The position numbers and the translations under genes were made by a program. Shown one piece after another: positions 59,101 through 60,393 of a stretch of DNA of 60,393 bases. Where the stretch lies: the IMG/VR virus record IMGVR_UViG_3300010296_000006. One strand, 5' to 3'. Source of the DNA: an uncultured virus (IMG/VR IMGVR_UViG_3300010296_000006). Taxonomy: Duplodnaviria; Heunggongvirae; Uroviricota; Caudoviricetes. Each line of letters starts with the position of its first letter. The stretch's first letter is position 1. The notes below the pieces were generated by a model. That model had not been told where the DNA came from. It worked only from the letters and a program-made list of their open reading frames with translations, and did not search any database.

Positions 59101-60393
59101 ATTACAGGTCACGGCTTTACAAACTTACAAAAAGTTATCTACGATAATAATGGAAATACAACAATTGGTGGTTTGAATAATGAACAAACATATTATATCA
59201 AACTAATTGACGAAAATGAATTTACACTAACAAACGACGATAGTGGTGAATTTGACGCAACAATCTTTAGCAACTTTAGTAACACAGGCACTCATAAATT
59301 TCTAGCAAATATTATAGAATTCTTTGTTGAAGAAGTTACAGCTTCGCATACTACATACCAAAAACTTATCTTAGAATCTGGAGCAGAAAGTTATAACTTT
59401 GTTCCAGGTAGAGCAATTCAAGGTACAACAGGTGCAAGCAATAATAGTGCAATTGTTAGCAAATGGGTTCCTGCTGAAAGAGAATTGACAGTTAGTATTG
59501 AACAAGTGACCGTTGGATCAAGTGTTCTTCGTATTCAATTTGATGCAACAAGTACTATTACAGAAGATCACAGTGATACACCAAACACAAGTATTGGTAT
59601 TAACGAAGTTAGTGCTGTAACAAATAGAAGTACAGCTACATTCTCAATAACAGCAACTGACGGTAGTAGTAGTATCACAAATCTAGTAAACTTGCCAGAG
59701 AAACAACTTTGGTTCCATAGACCAAGTATTGTTAACTCATCTGCACATACTTGGGAATATGCAGGTTCAGGTACAGATTATAACGCATTACCACAGAACG
59801 GCGGTAACACTAGAGAAGAATACGAACAGTTTGAAGAACTGCCAGGACGTTGCTACTCATCAGGTACAAACGAACTTGGTGACTTTAAAGTTGGTGACTT
59901 TATTACAGCGTTTAACAGAACTGGTAACATTACCTTTAGAAACAAAGTGCAGGTGGACGAACTTGATGCATTGAAATTGAGTGTTAGTGATGTTGCTATT
60001 GAAGAAATTTCAACAGATGTTAACTTAGGTGATAACGAAATTGGTGGTGCAAAAGATACTCGTATTAGCACACAGCTTGCAGTAAGAAGCTTCTTATCAA
60101 ACAGACTAGGTGGGTTTATTGACAAAACAGTTAGCTCGGCTGCTGTTCCAGGTGCTATTGTACAGCTCAATGTTAACGGACAGTTAAACGCAGACTTGAT
60201 TCCTGCCACTAGACAGTTTACAAACACAAATACCAAAGGATATCAATCAAGACTAAACCAAGTCGAAGATATTCCAGCAGTTGACTTGAAAGCAGGTGAC
60301 ATTGGTACAGAAGAATATGAACAGGTAGAACTTACACTGTCTGGTACTGTAAGTGCAAGCGACGGTGACACTATTACACAACCAGGTGTTACA
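56167..60393 (+). CDS. Second giant virion fibre protein, paralogue of 46761..56066 (truncated by window end)
   Basis: Not in the ORF track because it has no stop in the window. MATKIRHKRSSVAGKQP...GELAINTADGKVF is a fibre attachment N-terminus. Shares YVS...G.D.N.G, SPY.QNC, three C-x-(R/K)-D repeats and H..EY.G.G with the upstream gene. Confidence 0.8.
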   Translation, partial: MATKIRHKRSSVAGKQPIVSQLESGELAINTADGKVFLLRDDNTVQDITKRIFENNSEIKVDDAGDSTSAEISFTVNDSEKMTITNEGMNIKEAIDMENATSITFRELTASGEDGISLKAPDTLPTSYNLTLPLTAGTKGQLLRTDATGQLEFVDSDLFGGNVIYVSAEKGDDTNDGQTAPVKTVKRACQLASAIVYNVDGTLTNTRVNIKVAVGDYTEDNPIIVPDNVVIKGDGLRGCIIRPANANLDMLRVRNACYFGEFTFRDGVDANFVPLITWDYATTFDDPDATDVTDRAEYTNLPNTKPTIVTSPYTQNCSIISFLGGSGAKIDGALVNSPNVPQYNIEAENPVIGAIPEQGKSMVANAYTMLSFGGTGWRLLNDAYAQIVSCFQIFLLNGVYTQSGGYCSITNSATNFGLYALRSSGYSPKAFEFDRAFVTSTGAFEGKQTITMVGLNRTAPVEEFVLRFREPGYKEAYDVLLSKRDAIANDTITWINGQVSAATSNIWAGFTYNEEKCRRDVRFILDSIRYDIMFNSNYRTISSAIKYYNGTSDTVINDQRDQTVESFTQAKAFTAATLTDATAISRANALWDEVIDIITNGSSNDVPGEIADTFVYPTPSSGTGNASDAGYANAVQQLLANKQFIKKEVTAWIAVQVAAGTSPFATDFTYNATKCEKDISLIIDALIYDLTYGGNLLTRDAAFQYFVGTTAQYGTGKKEETIAAYGRLKDVIGDVVLENTVTVSSGNTETQDTSGTAGSAAASTQAEALIQVVVDHIDNDGGEIVRSEPDTSWPSPALVADANNALGIDSAGAVNIAQRVTKYINEQIDAGMWYNFVYDQSKCLRDTKLIVEAVAKDTWDTGNRYSRNAGLSYFTANIADSSRSLISGQELQTIKAIQQAATLSNTEITGYGQITTAVEDFVQSRFDIITDIIRDPDSIPNPNDVSSEGDVTLDFIPTPDETTFDAATALNVTTGIFTITGHGFTNLQKVIYDNNGNTTIGGLNNEQTYYIKLIDENEFTLTNDDSGEFDATIFSNFSNTGTHKFLANIIEFFVEEVTASHTTYQKLILESGAESYNFVPGRAIQGTTGASNNSAIVSKWVPAERELTVSIEQVTVGSSVLRIQFDATSTITEDHSDTPNTSIGINEVSAVTNRSTATFSITATDGSSSITNLVNLPEKQLWFHRPSIVNSSAHTWEYAGSGTDYNALPQNGGNTREEYEQFEELPGRCYSSGTNELGDFKVGDFITAFNRTGNITFRNKVQVDELDALKLSVSDVAIEEISTDVNLGDNEIGGAKDTRISTQLAVRSFLSNRLGGFIDKTVSSAAVPGAIVQLNVNGQLNADLIPATRQFTNTNTKGYQSRLNQVEDIPAVDLKAGDIGTEEYEQVELTLSGTVSASDGDTITQPGVT

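Noticed and set aside
32..60236. Numerous short ORF-track entries antisense to or nested within long genes (e.g. 17788..18180, 39939..40412, 41165..41620)
   Set aside because: Shadow frames of well-supported genes, with no recognisable motifs.
1..60393. Alternative genetic code, tRNA genes, introns or inteins, DGR
   Set aside because: Genes read intact in the standard code with TAA, TAG and TGA all used as stops. No cloverleaf, intein motif, RT or template/variable repeat pair was seen by eye.

Overview
AT-rich, gene-dense 60 kb segment of a large T4-like myovirus (no host genes, tRNAs or CRISPR seen). 1-27 kb (minus strand): baseplate and tail module with a fibre-type protein, a 4593-aa wedge protein, gp6, gp25, an apparently inactive CHAP-like protein, a gp5-like spike with two lytic domains, hub, gp53/LysM and tube initiator. 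27-31.4 kb (plus): late sigma factor gp55, gp47/gp46 and a small GIY-YIG nuclease, followed by a ~430-nt structured non-coding element. 32.6-43.4 kb: gp26-like chaperone with an apparent programmed -1 frameshift, tape measure, portal, core/protease/scaffold and major capsid. 43.4-45 kb: two accessory enzymes and a ~210-nt structured RNA candidate with its own promoter and terminator. 45-60 kb: virion fibre operon. The most striking observation is that its two giant paralogous proteins carry 10 and 3 tandem alpha-helical domains that resemble phycobiliprotein (bilin-binding globin) cores. All 13 keep the Cys of the C-x-R-D chromophore-attachment motif (one is C-E-K-D), suggesting bilin-pigmented virions. 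All assignments come from motif recognition by eye; no searches were run.
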